From: Chara braunii
Lineage: Eukaryota; Plantae; Charophyceae
Assembly: GCA_003427395.1 (NCBI GenBank)
Contig: BFEA01000025.1
Span: forward strand, 4,467,668-4,531,667
Reading direction: 5' to 3'
Length of the DNA: 64,000 nucleotides
The notes under the pieces were generated by a model. The model was not told the DNA's origin. It saw nothing but the letters and a program-made list of their open reading frames with translations, and did not search any database. This document shows positions 13,740 through 25,191 of this stretch, in pieces (within the stretch, counting starts at the first letter, position 1; each line of letters begins with the position of its first letter). A program made the position numbers and the translations under genes.

Positions 13740-16517
13740 TGTGACGAACTACTTCCCGAACCTGTGCTATCTTTCGTACCCCTTTGATTTGAATTTCTCT
13801 TGTATCATACCGACCTTGCAAGCACCCCGTTTTGTTTTCCTGATTTCGAACGTCGCGTTTTGGGCCCCCATCTTCCGGAAGCTTGTGTGATTCGTCGGTT
13901 CTGGTTTTTCTTTTTGCAATTCGGGAAATGCATAGGAATTTACGCGCGCCTTAGCGAGCGCACTGGGAATCGGGCCCGGCAGTTGAAAATTCGGGATAAG
14001 CGGAACTTCGACGTGTGTGTGTGAATGTTCCCGGTTGCGTTGGGGAAAACTCTCAGAATTTTGTGAGAATACGAATAGGCGTAGGACTTTCTTTTCCCAC
14101 ATCGTCCCTTTCGCGCCCGGATATGGTGATTTCAATTTTGAATTTAGGACATAGGCAAGCTGTAACTGTTTCGGTGCCTTTTTCTTTTTCTTTTTGTTGA
14201 CGGCGCCACGCATACGAAGCTTTCTTCNNNNNNNNNNNNNNNNNNNNNNNNNNNNNNNNNNNNNNNNNNNNNNNNNNNNNNNNNNNNNNNNNNNNNNNNN
14301 NNNNNNNNNNNNNNNNNNNNNNNNNNNNNNNNNNNNNNNNNNNNNNNNNNNNNNNNNNNNNNNNNNNNNNNNNNNNNNNNNNNNNNNNNNNNNNNNNNNN
14401 NNNNNNNNNNNNNNNNNNNNNNNNNNNNNNNNNNNNNNNNNNNNNNNNNNNNNNNNNNNNNNNNNNNNNNNNNNNNNNNNNNNNNNNNNNNNNNNNNNNN
14501 NNNNNNNNNNNNNNNNNNNNNNNNNNNNNNNNNNNATAGGATCTGCCTATTGCGTGACGAATCTGATTGGCGAAGCTCAGAGTCCCGAAGAATCAACATG
14601 GCTTCCGTAGCGCGCTCCTCGCCAACTCTTCTCCTCTTGCTTTTTTTCTTACACCTCGATTTTCCCCCTGCCTTCTCTCTCCCTTGTCCCCCTTCTCGCC
14701 ACTATAAATTCCGCAAACGCGCCCGCAAATCTCTCTTACGTTCTCGACTGCCAAGCCAGCTTCCGGGAAGCAGTGGCCAGGCAAAGTGTTTTGTGCGAGT
14801 CGGAAAGTCCTGTCGGGCTGACGATAGGCTAGCCGGTTGCGCGCTTGATCACCACGACGGACTGTGGGATCCGGGCGAACCGCGTCGAGTTTACGTCGGC
14901 GGGGTGACGATCGCAGTGGTGGGAGTTGGTACGCGACGGCAAGGATTGTCGGTGCGGGTATGAGGATCGATGATTGGAGTTGAGTGGGTGATTGGTCCGG
15001 GGCCATATTGGAATTCACGGCGAATGCGCCTTTGTTGATTGTGGATCTTTATCTCTGGCGTGAGTGTACGGTGGCAATGCCGAACTTCCTCTTCTCGGAT
15101 CTTGTCATCTCCTATCTCTACTGCCCTCCCTCGTCTCTCTCTCTCTTCTATCTTTGAATGACGGTGTGTCTTGAAGCTTGTCCCTCTCATGAATGGGGGT
15201 GAAATTGTGTGCTCTCCCGTGTGAAGGAACTTCTTCCGGAACTCTTCCATTAGTTTCCTGGGTAATCCCCAGATGTCGAGGAGTTGGTCCTCTTGTCTTG
15301 TGAACGGTGGATGTGAGTGTACAACTCCCTCGGTTGATTTCTGGCCTGTGCACCCCTGCCATTTTCGCACCTTCCACAATGAATGCATGTGTGGAGATGC
15401 TTGCCTTTTTGGTGTTGATTAGACGCAACACTCGGCGGGATTTGTTCGAGAATGCAAGAGTGTTTAGATCTGTAGTTCTGAATGTACTGCGCATGCCATC
15501 TGCCTTATGCTGCAACACATCTGCCTTATGCTGCAAGACATCTGCCACCGATCCACGGGGCAACCCCGAGGAACAGGGCGCCTGGGATCAATGTCGTGGT
15601 AGCTTACTAAACCTGAGTCATGGGTCGGTCCCTCAGTTACATGCATGATCAGCTGATGAGTGCTTTCTCTCTCTCTCGTGTCGGAAAAAATTGATTGGTG
15701 GTTGTGCGAGTGTTTTTTTTTATGACGTCTCGGGATTTTTGTAATTGATTGACATGTGGACAGACCAACGCCCTTCGATCGAGCGTCATTCTCCCGTATC
15801 TCCCGCGTCAACGCGACCTTTTCCTAACGACGAGGAAAGGATACGTGTATGGGAGTGGGACGTACGAGAAGTTGTCGCACGGATCGGCGGACGCTATTAC
15901 TTCCCTCCGGAAAATCGTTGTTTAGGGTTCGTAGAGGCTGGGTTTGTCATTATCGATACACACTTTCCACCTTATTCGATATTGTTGCCATTTAACGAGT
16001 TGATCGTCATCCCGTGGGCGGCAGTAGAACCCCACTGGNCTNGCACTCTATGCACCGAGTGCCANCGCTTTGAGCGCTACGAATCCAAGGGTTTCCACTA
16101 CCGCGTACGGAGTGAAGACGAACACAGAGAAAGAGCCACACGACTAAGACCCTCCACGTCGGACTCAGAACTAACTGGTGAGCGACGTCGGGACTTAATA
16201 CGAAGACGAGACACGCGAAGCGTGCCGAAGCCTTTTCGCTCTAAACGAAGAACCGTAGCACGGTGGGAAGTCAGGCAATACTTTTTGGATTGAATTTATA
16301 TTTCTCCCTCCTTTCGCGCCGAACCCTTGCGCGCATTTTGCGACGTGCGAAAAACGGTCGACTTACTCCATCGGACCAACACGGGGGATTTCAGTTTTGT
16401 CTGTGTCCCCTCACTCAATTTCCAAAAATCCTTGGCACACCCCATCTTGCTGTTTTTCTGGGCCTCTTTTTCCGCACCTCTAGCACTCCGAACGAAAGAC
16501 AGCACAGGGCGTGAGGT
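13740..16517 (+). repeat. Left LTR (repeat A1)
   Basis: Near-identical to 32676-35415; begins TGTGACGAAC, ends GTGAGGT; TATA-like CTATAAAT at ~14702. Confidence 0.93.
15745..16293 (+). CDS. LTR-encoded ORF, unknown function
   Basis: 182-codon frame (first ATG 15754), conserved at protein level with 2964-3374. Confidence 0.6.
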   Translation: MIDMWTDQRPSIERHSPVSPASTRPFPNDEERIRVWEWDVREVVARIGGRYYFPPENRCLGFVEAGFVIIDTHFPPYSILLPFNELIVIPWAAVEPHWXXTLCTECXRFERYESKGFHYRVRSEDEHRERATRLRPSTSDSELTGERRRDLIRRRDTRSVPKPFRSKRRTVARWEVRQYFLD

Positions 16518-16530
16518 TGGTATCGGAGCC
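16518..16530 (+). promoter_or_regulatory. Primer-binding site for initiator tRNA-Met
   Basis: TGGTATCGGAGCC vs the plant consensus TGGTATCAGAGCC (one G:U pair), exactly abutting the end of the LTR repeat. Confidence 0.8.
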
Positions 16531-16611
16531 GACACGTGTCGGTTCTGATGATAGTAAGTCGAGCTGGCGAGAGGTAGAAGAAGTCCCCCACCTGCTCGCC
16601 GAGATCGTCCA

Positions 16612-16917
16612 GTGACCAGATCTATATCTGGTGCGGCTATACCAGCTATGCCAATGGTAGACGGTAACAGGGTGATGGTAAGCATTTCTGCCCCCTTCCC
16701 CTTCTTTCCTAACCATACCCACCCCGAAGCTTGGGCGGAAGCTGTCGAAGCTCAAGGATACAGCGCGGGTGATCTTCCCCGCGTTCTTACCTTGCTGCTT
16801 CGTAATACGGTGCATGACTGGTTGCCGCCTGATTTCGTGGATCGATTTCAGACCACGTTGGATAAATCTGGGCGAGATGAGAAATCCGCTCGAGATTTGT
16901 TCAACTTCTTTGATTGA
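16612..16917 (+). CDS. Short gag-like ORF (ATG 16648)
   Basis: HPEAWAEAVEAQGY..PRVLTLLLRNTVHDWL resembles the retrotransposon capsid N-terminal pattern; lies just after the PBS. Confidence 0.4.
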   Translation: MTRSISGAAIPAMPMVDGNRVMVSISAPFPFFPNHTHPEAWAEAVEAQGYSAGDLPRVLTLLLRNTVHDWLPPDFVDRFQTTLDKSGRDEKSARDLFNFFD

Positions 16918-17001
16918 TTGAAAGCAGATTGTGGGGTTGCATATGGGGGAAGGGTGGGAGAAAGACAGTATGGCATGAAGTTTGCCCGGGTCAACCAAAG
17001 G

Positions 17002-17760
17002 CTGGGCCAGTTCCATAAGTTTGGGAAGGCCCAGTGCTATGTTTATTTTGTATTGCCTGGAGAACCAGACAAATCCATAAGTTTGGGTGGTCTGGTTGCT
17101 CTGACTTGTGAGGGCTGAATGTGATTGCTTCTTCAGGCGCCAGTCAAATCCATAAGTTTGGGTGGTCTGGCGACCTTGTTTATTTGGGGTTTTTGACAGT
17201 TTCTTTGGTTTCTGAACGAGGAGGTGAGCATGTCCCATAAGTTTGGGTGGTTTTACCTCTTCCTGCTTTGGTCTAAGAGAAATAACCCAGACTGAGGACC
17301 AAGACATGTTTCATAAGTTTGGGTGGTCTTGGTCCAACGCCTCGCACATGCTAGAACCAGAAGGGTATAACTTTGATATACTTTACTACTACACTATCTA
17401 TGAACAGGCTAGTCAGGCAGGGTTCCATAAGTTTGGGTGGTCTGACTATAGCTTATCACTAACTGAAGAGAGTACTTAATTAAGAATAAACTTGTGGTAC
17501 AAAGGGGCAGGCTGAGTCTTGAGCTGAAGATGATCGGCTCAGCTATATGCTACCTCAAAGGACTAAGGGTAGACGAATTATATAAATCTTGGATACTTAA
17601 ACTGTTTAGGGCGACTAGGATGGCCTAGTCATAAGCCCAAAGAAGAGAAAAGTTGTTGTGCTCTGTGTTTGTGTATACTTCTTGGCTGGGCTAGACATGT
17701 TCCATAAGTTTGGATGGTCTAGCCTTATGCCCTAGGTAAGTTGGGTATAAGGGACAAATC
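17002..17760 (+). repeat. Array of 7-8 RNA hairpins with constant CCA-UAAGUU-UGG apex and variable stems
   Basis: Core at 17013, 17075, 17150, 17235, 17311, 17425, 17702, each flanked by its own inverted repeat. Confidence 0.85.
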
Positions 17761-18014
17761 ATTGAAAGGCTACGAACTATTGTTTGCTAAAGTAACTTGG
17801 GGATGGTGAGAGAGTGCATGTCTGTGGTTTGGCCTGCATGTGACTGAGTGATGCCACTTCTTAGTCTGAGTTTGGATTTTGATAGGTAGTTGTTGTAGTT
17901 TCTCGCCACGTGCTAGAGCCATAGGAGTTAGAGTCATTTCCTGCATTTTTTGGGCTCGTTTTTTTTTTACTTAGACATTTCTGCAGTTATCGGATCCTTT
18001 ATTTATACTTGGTC

Positions 18015-18560
18015 TTGTATAAATCTTGGTAAGCCACTTTCTCTACGGGAAGCGCTGCCGAAATTTCTACAAAATCAAGAAGTTAGTCAAAACTTTGACT
18101 TTTTCAGGATCCGGTCTTGATGACTTCTTTGACTTAGTAAGAATCTGGGGAGCCTCATTTTCTAAAGGAGGTGCTGCCCAAATTCTTACTAATTCAGGAA
18201 GTTAGCCAAAATTGGGCCTTGAAGGGTCAAAGTCATTGTCAGGTCCCAAACTTGGCCTTGTATAAATCTTGGACTAGCACTTTCCCTACGGGAAGCGCTG
18301 CCGAAATTTCTACAAAGCNAAGAGGTTGGTTGAGATTTCNTCGTGACAGGACTTAGACTTTATGTCTAAGTTCAAGTCTGACTTAGTATAGATCTGGGGG
18401 GCTTTCCTCTCTGAAGGAAATGCTACCCAAATTTTTGCTAGGTCAGGGAGTTTGACAAATTTTGACTTTTTGGGATCCAAAGTTTGACTTTTTAGACTAG
18501 TATATTTTCTGCGATGTCACTTTTCCTACGGGAGGCGCTGCCAAAATTTTCCTAAGTTAG
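18015..18560 (+). repeat. ~120-bp degenerate tandem repeat x5 (hairpin + CTGCCGAAATTT motif)
   Basis: Motif at 18055, 18174, 18298, 18423, 18538; two alternating variants. Confidence 0.8.
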
Positions 18561-18975
18561 AGGAGTTAGCCTATATTTGGACAAGTGACGACCTATGTAG
18601 GGGAGGCTACGGCGAGATCCACCTTACGCTGAGTGATATCTAGAGGTGGACCTAAACTTGGTTAGATATGATGGCTCCAGTAAGGTCAGGAGGTGAAGGT
18701 TACTCTCCCTGAGCGCGTAGACTTAGCTTGAGATTGGCCTGGCTTGTATCACAGGTCTCTTTTATCAAGTCGCTTCAGGACGTGGGATGGACTCAGCTTG
18801 ATCCTATTAGGATCACCTTCTGTTATCACAGATAACAGGTCGGTTGCCGACTCGTCGGTTACGACTCAACCTCAACCCACTCTCCTTACTCAACCTAAAG
18901 AGGCTTCAACCCTGGTGATCTTTTCTGTTTTGTTAAGGTTTCACCCGGACTTTTATTGAATGACCATTTAACAAA

Positions 18976-19111
18976 GGTACTGAGTATTTACTTAAGGTTG
19001 GTTGGCTGGAGGTTGGGGCTTGCATGGCTGAGGCAAAGGGTATNGTACTGAGTATTTACTTAAGGTTGGTTGGCTGGAGGTTGGGGCTTGCATGGCTGAG
19101 GCAAAGGGTAT
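18976..19111. repeat. 68-bp tandem duplication
   Basis: ggtactgagtatttacttaagg...gcaaagggtat x2. Confidence 0.9.
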
Positions 19112-20205
19112 GAGCATGGAGATTGGTTGGAGTTGACTCTGTGTAGTGTATGGACTTCTGCTTGACTCTTTGATGTGATTGCAGGTATGTTCTGTGACTG
19201 GGATTATTGGATTGGACTGCCCTGCGATCTTATATATGTGCATGAGGAGACCCACTGTGATTGTGAGATGTGATCGTCACACGTTTATTCCCATGTGTGC
19301 TTATATGTGCATAATGCGTACCTATGTGGGATACTTGCGTGGCCTGAAGAACCCGCATATTGAGGGCTTAATTGGGAATAGGGAGCTAGCAGAAGAGGAA
19401 TGACCCCTCTATTTATATATACGCTTCTGAGGAAATTGTGGTCGGACGTTAGCCCTGAGCCTAGAATACGAAGGTCCTCGCCCAGGACGACCCAGGTCCC
19501 AGGACTAGCTCTGAAAAGGTCCACTTCCGATAAAAGTCGAAGGTACTTTCCTTGTTGGGATTTGTTTTGGTGGAACGATAAAGTTCCAGGCGGAAGGGTC
19601 AGCGTGTCGTTGGGGATACGCCAGACAACTGACCACCGCTTCAAATCCCTTCCTGCCCTAGGGACCGTCTTACCCCGCACCCTTTGGGATACCTCAGGGT
19701 GCAGAAGGCGGTAAAGCCCTCAGGCCGGTTTTGCGCCCGCTAAAGGGTTACCCCCCCCCCGTAGCGCGCACTTCAGCCGACGCCTGAGCATCGGAAGCAA
19801 CCGCATGACTCAGAATAGGCCATTTGGGTATGGGCACCACATAATGCGCCGTCATCGCAGTTACTCACGTAGAGCTGCATAGTGAATTGGTATGCGTGGA
19901 TCCTACGTTCGAGCGATCTTATACTAAACCTCGCGTACGGCAGTTACCGACTTCCACTGCGCAAAGTCATGGGTTGGATACTAAGGGGCTAGGAGTGTGT
20001 CGCGTTGTACGTCCTTTGCGTCGTTCAGTACTTGTGTGCATGTGTGCGTGTGCTTTACTTTTATGTACCTTATAGTGGTGTGCGCGTGGCGTGTGGGATA
20101 CGTCCTAGTCGACCGGCGACGAGCCGCGCTTGGNACNTCAGCCCCCCCAGATGTCGGTTCGCGTGCGGGTCCGATAGAGGCGTAGTACCGCGCGTACCCC
20201 TTATG

Positions 20206-23200
20206 CTACAGCGAACGAGAAACGCCCTCGGCTGGTCCACCTCTGCGATTGCAACTGATCAGCTTTCGTACTGTGGACTGGTAGCTCGGCGGGGATACGC
20301 CCACCGAAGGGAGGTGACAGCTCCCGTAAGATGGAGGTAGTCGTGCCTCGCGTAGGCCCTGTCCTGTCATAGGGGCTCGCGAGAGGTATGGCTGGCGCAC
20401 CCGGCCGGAGCGGCTTATGGAGGCTCCGTGTGTGTACCACAACGAGATGTGTACTCTGACTCCTGCGTGACGCGACCGGGAGGGTCCCGCGCTACCTCTG
20501 AGTGGTGTCGAGCCAATGCGCTCGACATCGGGACGACCCTTTTCGTTAATTCGGTATACCTTTTGGCCTTGGACTTGAGGGCGGCACACGTGTCTCTGCC
20601 CCCTGCTTCGGCAATTTCCGAGTTACCCCGGTAGTCGATACAGGGGAGGTTATTAGTGCGAAGCTGAAAGGGGGTGAACCCCGTGGACTCATGAGGGGTG
20701 GCCCGATGGATTCCGACGATCTGGTACACGATCTCGGGCCACGGACGCGTGTCATGTGCCGCTAAATTCTTGCGAAGGGCGGTTTTAATCATATGGTTGG
20801 CATTTTCGGCCAATCCGTTCAACTGAGACACATGGGGTGCCGTATGTCGGAGCGTGATGCCCCTTCGCTCGAGCAGTTCCTCTACTTCGCCTTTGAATTC
20901 AAACCCATTGTCAGTCAGAATCTCTTCCGTATCTAGATGGGTATAGAGGAACCGATCAATGTACGTGGCTATTTCTGCGGCCTTGCGGGTCTTGCAGGGG
21001 TAGACTTAGATGTACTTGGAAAAATGATCTCTTAATACTAAAAGGATGAATATTCACAGCGGTTTGGGCCTGGTGGCACGTTAATATCTGTTGTGTCCAT
21101 ACTGACTCGCTGGAAGGGGTGTTCTACTTCCGTAGGTACTATCGTGTTCGATCCCCGTATTGGGGCGCGATCCGCAGCACAGACCAGACAGTTGGCGACA
21201 ACGTATTTAACATCATCTCGTATATTGGACCAGAACCATCGGTTCTGGTCTATAGTTGCCTCCGTGACACGTATCGCGAAATGAGCGGCCTGCTCTTCGT
21301 GAGCAGATCGGGTCCAATCATATCTCTGAAATGGATGAGGGACTGTCAGCCACGAACCCGATCCGGCTTCTCCAAATGACTGTTGATCCATCGATAGTCC
21401 CGAGATCTCTCGGTAGCCCTACGTCTGTCGTGTTTGGTGAGGTGTCCCAATGATAATCCCACTAATTTAGCTAATAAAATTTTATCCGTCCAAACCTCCG
21501 CTCGTCAGTATTTCTCGTCATATTCAGGTCCGTCCGTTCGGGCGGCCTCGAATCGAACCTTTGTGGCCCTGTGGGGAGTTTGGTCGTTCTACACAGAGGA
21601 CACCTCCATTCCTTGCTACTTGTCCGATAGCGAACGCAGGCCCCGTGCGCACGATTGACATACGTGGCATATTCTACCCAATCGACAAACTCGGTTTCGA
21701 AAGGATGACAGTCAACCCCATAAGCCCGTGCAATATATGTTCAAAAATAGCAGAATTTGTCGGGGAGGGTGGCAAAGAAAGTGGAGGAGGTGAGAGGGGC
21801 AGAATTAGTAGGAGAATAGGGGTCGCAGAGACGGGTGGGCTAGTCATGATGGCAGAAAGGGAGAGATGAGACTGAATTGTCGAGGGGGGGCAGAACAAAG
21901 AGTGGGCCCCGTGTCACTTACTCCTTCGACAGGATCTCCACCTGGCCGTATAGAGGTCCGTTCTCCTTCTTCGGTTCGTTCCACGGAATCACCTCCTCAT
22001 TCCTTGGAACCTTCTCAGGTCGGTGCAGTCGTGTCAATCCGTCCGCGTTCCCGTGCCTTTCGTGTTTCCGATGACGAATGTCAAAGTCCATGCTCTGCAG
22101 CACCGTTGCCCATCACCCGATCATGCCCGAGTAATCCTTAGATTTCTTCAGGGCTAGCAGAGGCTCATGATCAGTTACCAATGTGAACTTTCGCCCGTAC
22201 AAGTAAGCTCGGAAGTGACTGATTTCCCAAAGAGCCGCGTAGCATTCTCCTGTTGGAGCGGCGTAGTTACGCTTGCAGGTGGGCACCGATTTGGACGCAT
22301 ACTCTACTACGCACTCAAGTCCGCTTGGTCCCACCTGGGCCAGGATCGCCGAAATTGCCTCTGGCTGCCAGTCAGTAATGAGGACAAAAGGTTTTTCGGG
22401 ATCCGGCCTTATAAGGACTGGGGCCGAAATGAGGGCGGCCTTGAGTTCCGAAAACGCTCGATCACACTCCGGCGTCAGATCAACGGCTGGTCCTTTCGCA
22501 GCAGATTTGTGAGGGGTCCCGCAATCGCCGCGAAGCCCTTGATGAACCTTCGGTAGTACGAGGCCAGGCCCAAAAAGGCGCGAACTTGCGTGATAATCGT
22601 AGGCACCGGCGCATCTCTTACAGTTGCCACCTTCTGCGGCTCCGACCTGAGTCCTTGGTCTGTCACCACGTGTCCCAAGAAGGAAATGGTGGTAAGGAAA
22701 AACTGGCACTTCTCGAACGCCACCTTGAAACACGCATCTCGTAACGCATGCAGTGCCCATTCGATGTGTTGCACGTGCCCTTCGTAGGAACTCGAGTACA
22801 CCAGAATGTCATCCATGTATACGATCACGCAGTAGTTCATGATACTCTGCGCCAAACGAGTCTTCCGCACGAAATTCTGGAAGGCCATGTTCATGGCTCG
22901 CTGGAAAGTTGCGGGAGCATTGCAGATGCCCATCGGACATCGAATCCACTGCCACGTAGCTTCGAAGAGTACGAACGCCGTCTTCGGGCGATCTTCTTCT
23001 CGAACGAGAAGATGATGGAACCCATGGCGAACGTCAAACTTGCTGAAAAATCGATCACTCCCAATCGCATCCAACAACTTGTCAATCCGGGCGAGAGGGT
23101 ATACATCCTTGATCGTGATATCATTCAACTTTCGATAATCGATGCAAATGCGAATACCTCCGGCCTTTTTAGGCACAATCACTACGGGGAAAGACCATGG

Positions 23201-25191
23201 TCCTACAACGGGGTCGATCCATCCATTAGCTTCAAATTCTTTGATCTGCTGAAAAGCGGCCGCTCTTTGAGCTAGTGAGTACCTATAAGGAACGCAGCTA
23301 ATGGGTGGATGGTCCCCCGTGAGAATGACATGTTCAATCACGTTAGTTAGGCCGATATCATTATCGCGCACACTCAATACCTCTACGTAGCCATTCAAAA
23401 CATTAATTAGCGATTTTGGAGTTCAGTAGGGACGTGGTTTGGGAGGGAGATTGTCGGTCGTCCAAGGATCTGAAGAGATATGTCGACCCAATCAACCGGC
23501 CTTTCCCGTCGCTCATGGACACTGGAAAAAACGGAGCTACTGGTGCGAACAGAGAAGACAATCGCAATCATCTGTGATTCAGCAGGGCTGATCGTTTCGG
23601 TTTCCTTGGCTTCAGCATCAGTCTCTGAACCGGCCGATGTTTTTTCCACAGTTAGTCTTGTTAGATCCGCCATCTCCTGCATCAGATCGGGTACATCGCC
23701 TACCGGTGCTCCGGCCTCTTGTTTAATCAAAGCGATGGTCGCTCCCACTGTTAGCAAAGATCTAGGTGGGAAAACAGAAACATCCACATATTATTATATT
23801 TGTTGGTAGCGTGCTCGTAAGGAAAGCGCTCCCTCGTACAAGGTGCAAGGGGGTTCCAAATCATCTGCTAGGTTAGATACTTGCAGGATGGGTTCTCCGA
23901 GGAGGGTTGAAGGACTGATCCGGGTTTCCAGCGGCGCGAGCGTGCCGTCTTCGGAACCCACGTGGAAGCTTCGGGCGGTTCTGGGGCACACTCAAAATTC
24001 TTCGGGAATTTTGTGCTCGAAAAGTTCGACCAGGTGCTTTCATTCATCCTCACTAGGCATTTCTTCTTCGTACACCTGTTCCCCGACTCCGCTACTAATG
24101 TCCGAGGAAGAAGGTTCCTCAGGATCGAGGCCTTGAATCATCCCTACTTGGGCACAGTGAGGAGTTCGTTTTACCGTCTGGGTGGAAATCCGCAAAGGAA
24201 CAGTCTGAGGCTTTCCCCCAGTTTGCGTGAGTACCAGCTGTTTGGAGTCGAAATGCAGACGAGCACCTACCGCCATCGCCCAAGGTAATCCTAACAACAC
24301 AGAATAGGAGCGCACATTTATTACTAGTGCATTAACAAGGATATGTACTCGTCCGACCTTCACAACCACATTCTCAAGAATACCTACGATGTTCATTGCT
24401 TCCTCGTCGGCAGAGACATAATTGTCTTTGCCAGATTGAGGGAGAATGGATCCGAGTCGTCCTGTCTTTCTTACTGTGTCTAAGGATCTGGCCACTGCAG
24501 AAGACCCAGTATCGATAAGGGCATTAAACGGTTTGCCCCAAATTTCACAATCACACTCAGCGCTTTTCCACAACACCGGTCGAGCTCGCACGAAGTGATC
24601 CCTCTCTACCAACGAAATCGCAGCTACTCGTGCTGCTTCGGGTTCACCCGTTTCAGGTTCAGGTGGTGTAACCTCCTCGCCTCCTTCCTTCTTCTTCAAC
24701 ATTCATTGTACTCACTGGTACGTGAAGCATTTTTTATTTTTCTGGCAATGTTGCAGGAGCTTATCGTTTGCAGCTTCGGAGATGGTGAGCAAATGCCCTA
24801 CCGAGATCGGAACACGGATATCCAGCTGCTTAAGCGTTCGTAATACATCAATTTCTCCCGTCTGAAACTGCAGACCGGGATTGGATTTGCGATCGACCCA
24901 TTCAAAATCATCATGGGCCAATCGGATCGCTCCGACCATGCCGGCGAGATGAAGATACTCGAGTGGATCGACCACGTCGGCAACGTCAGAGGAGGAAGAA
25001 GCTCCCGAGGTGGAAGAGGCTGCTGTTGAGGGGGAGGGTTGCTCATATGCAACAAGTTCCCCACCTTGGGCCGTGTCCATCAGTGCGGCCACTCGTCCTT
25101 GGTTCAGAGCTACTGCATTCTTTTGCTTTGTCTTATTATGTCCTGAATAGAAAGCAAGCTTTATAGGGATAGGCAGACATACATCAATCAA
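20206..25191 (-). pseudogene. pol: Degenerate Ty3/Gypsy protease-RT-RNase H-integrase; most of gag absent
   Basis: LIDTGS (PR 24040-24702), RICIDYRKLN..YMDD (RT 22475-23398), ITDW..TDHEPL (RH), H..H/C..C zinc finger and NGLAE..TGFTPF (IN); stops and frameshifts. Confidence 0.95.

Noticed and set aside
14536-16200. Very recent insertion inferred from identical LTR middles
   Set aside because: Both copies have ambiguous bases at the same positions (e.g. 16019 and 34937), suggesting a collapsed consensus fill, so identity cannot be used for dating
17002-17760. CRISPR-like repeat-spacer appearance
   Set aside because: Spacing is irregular (62-277 bp), there are no cas genes, the context is a eukaryotic TE, and the flanks pair as stems
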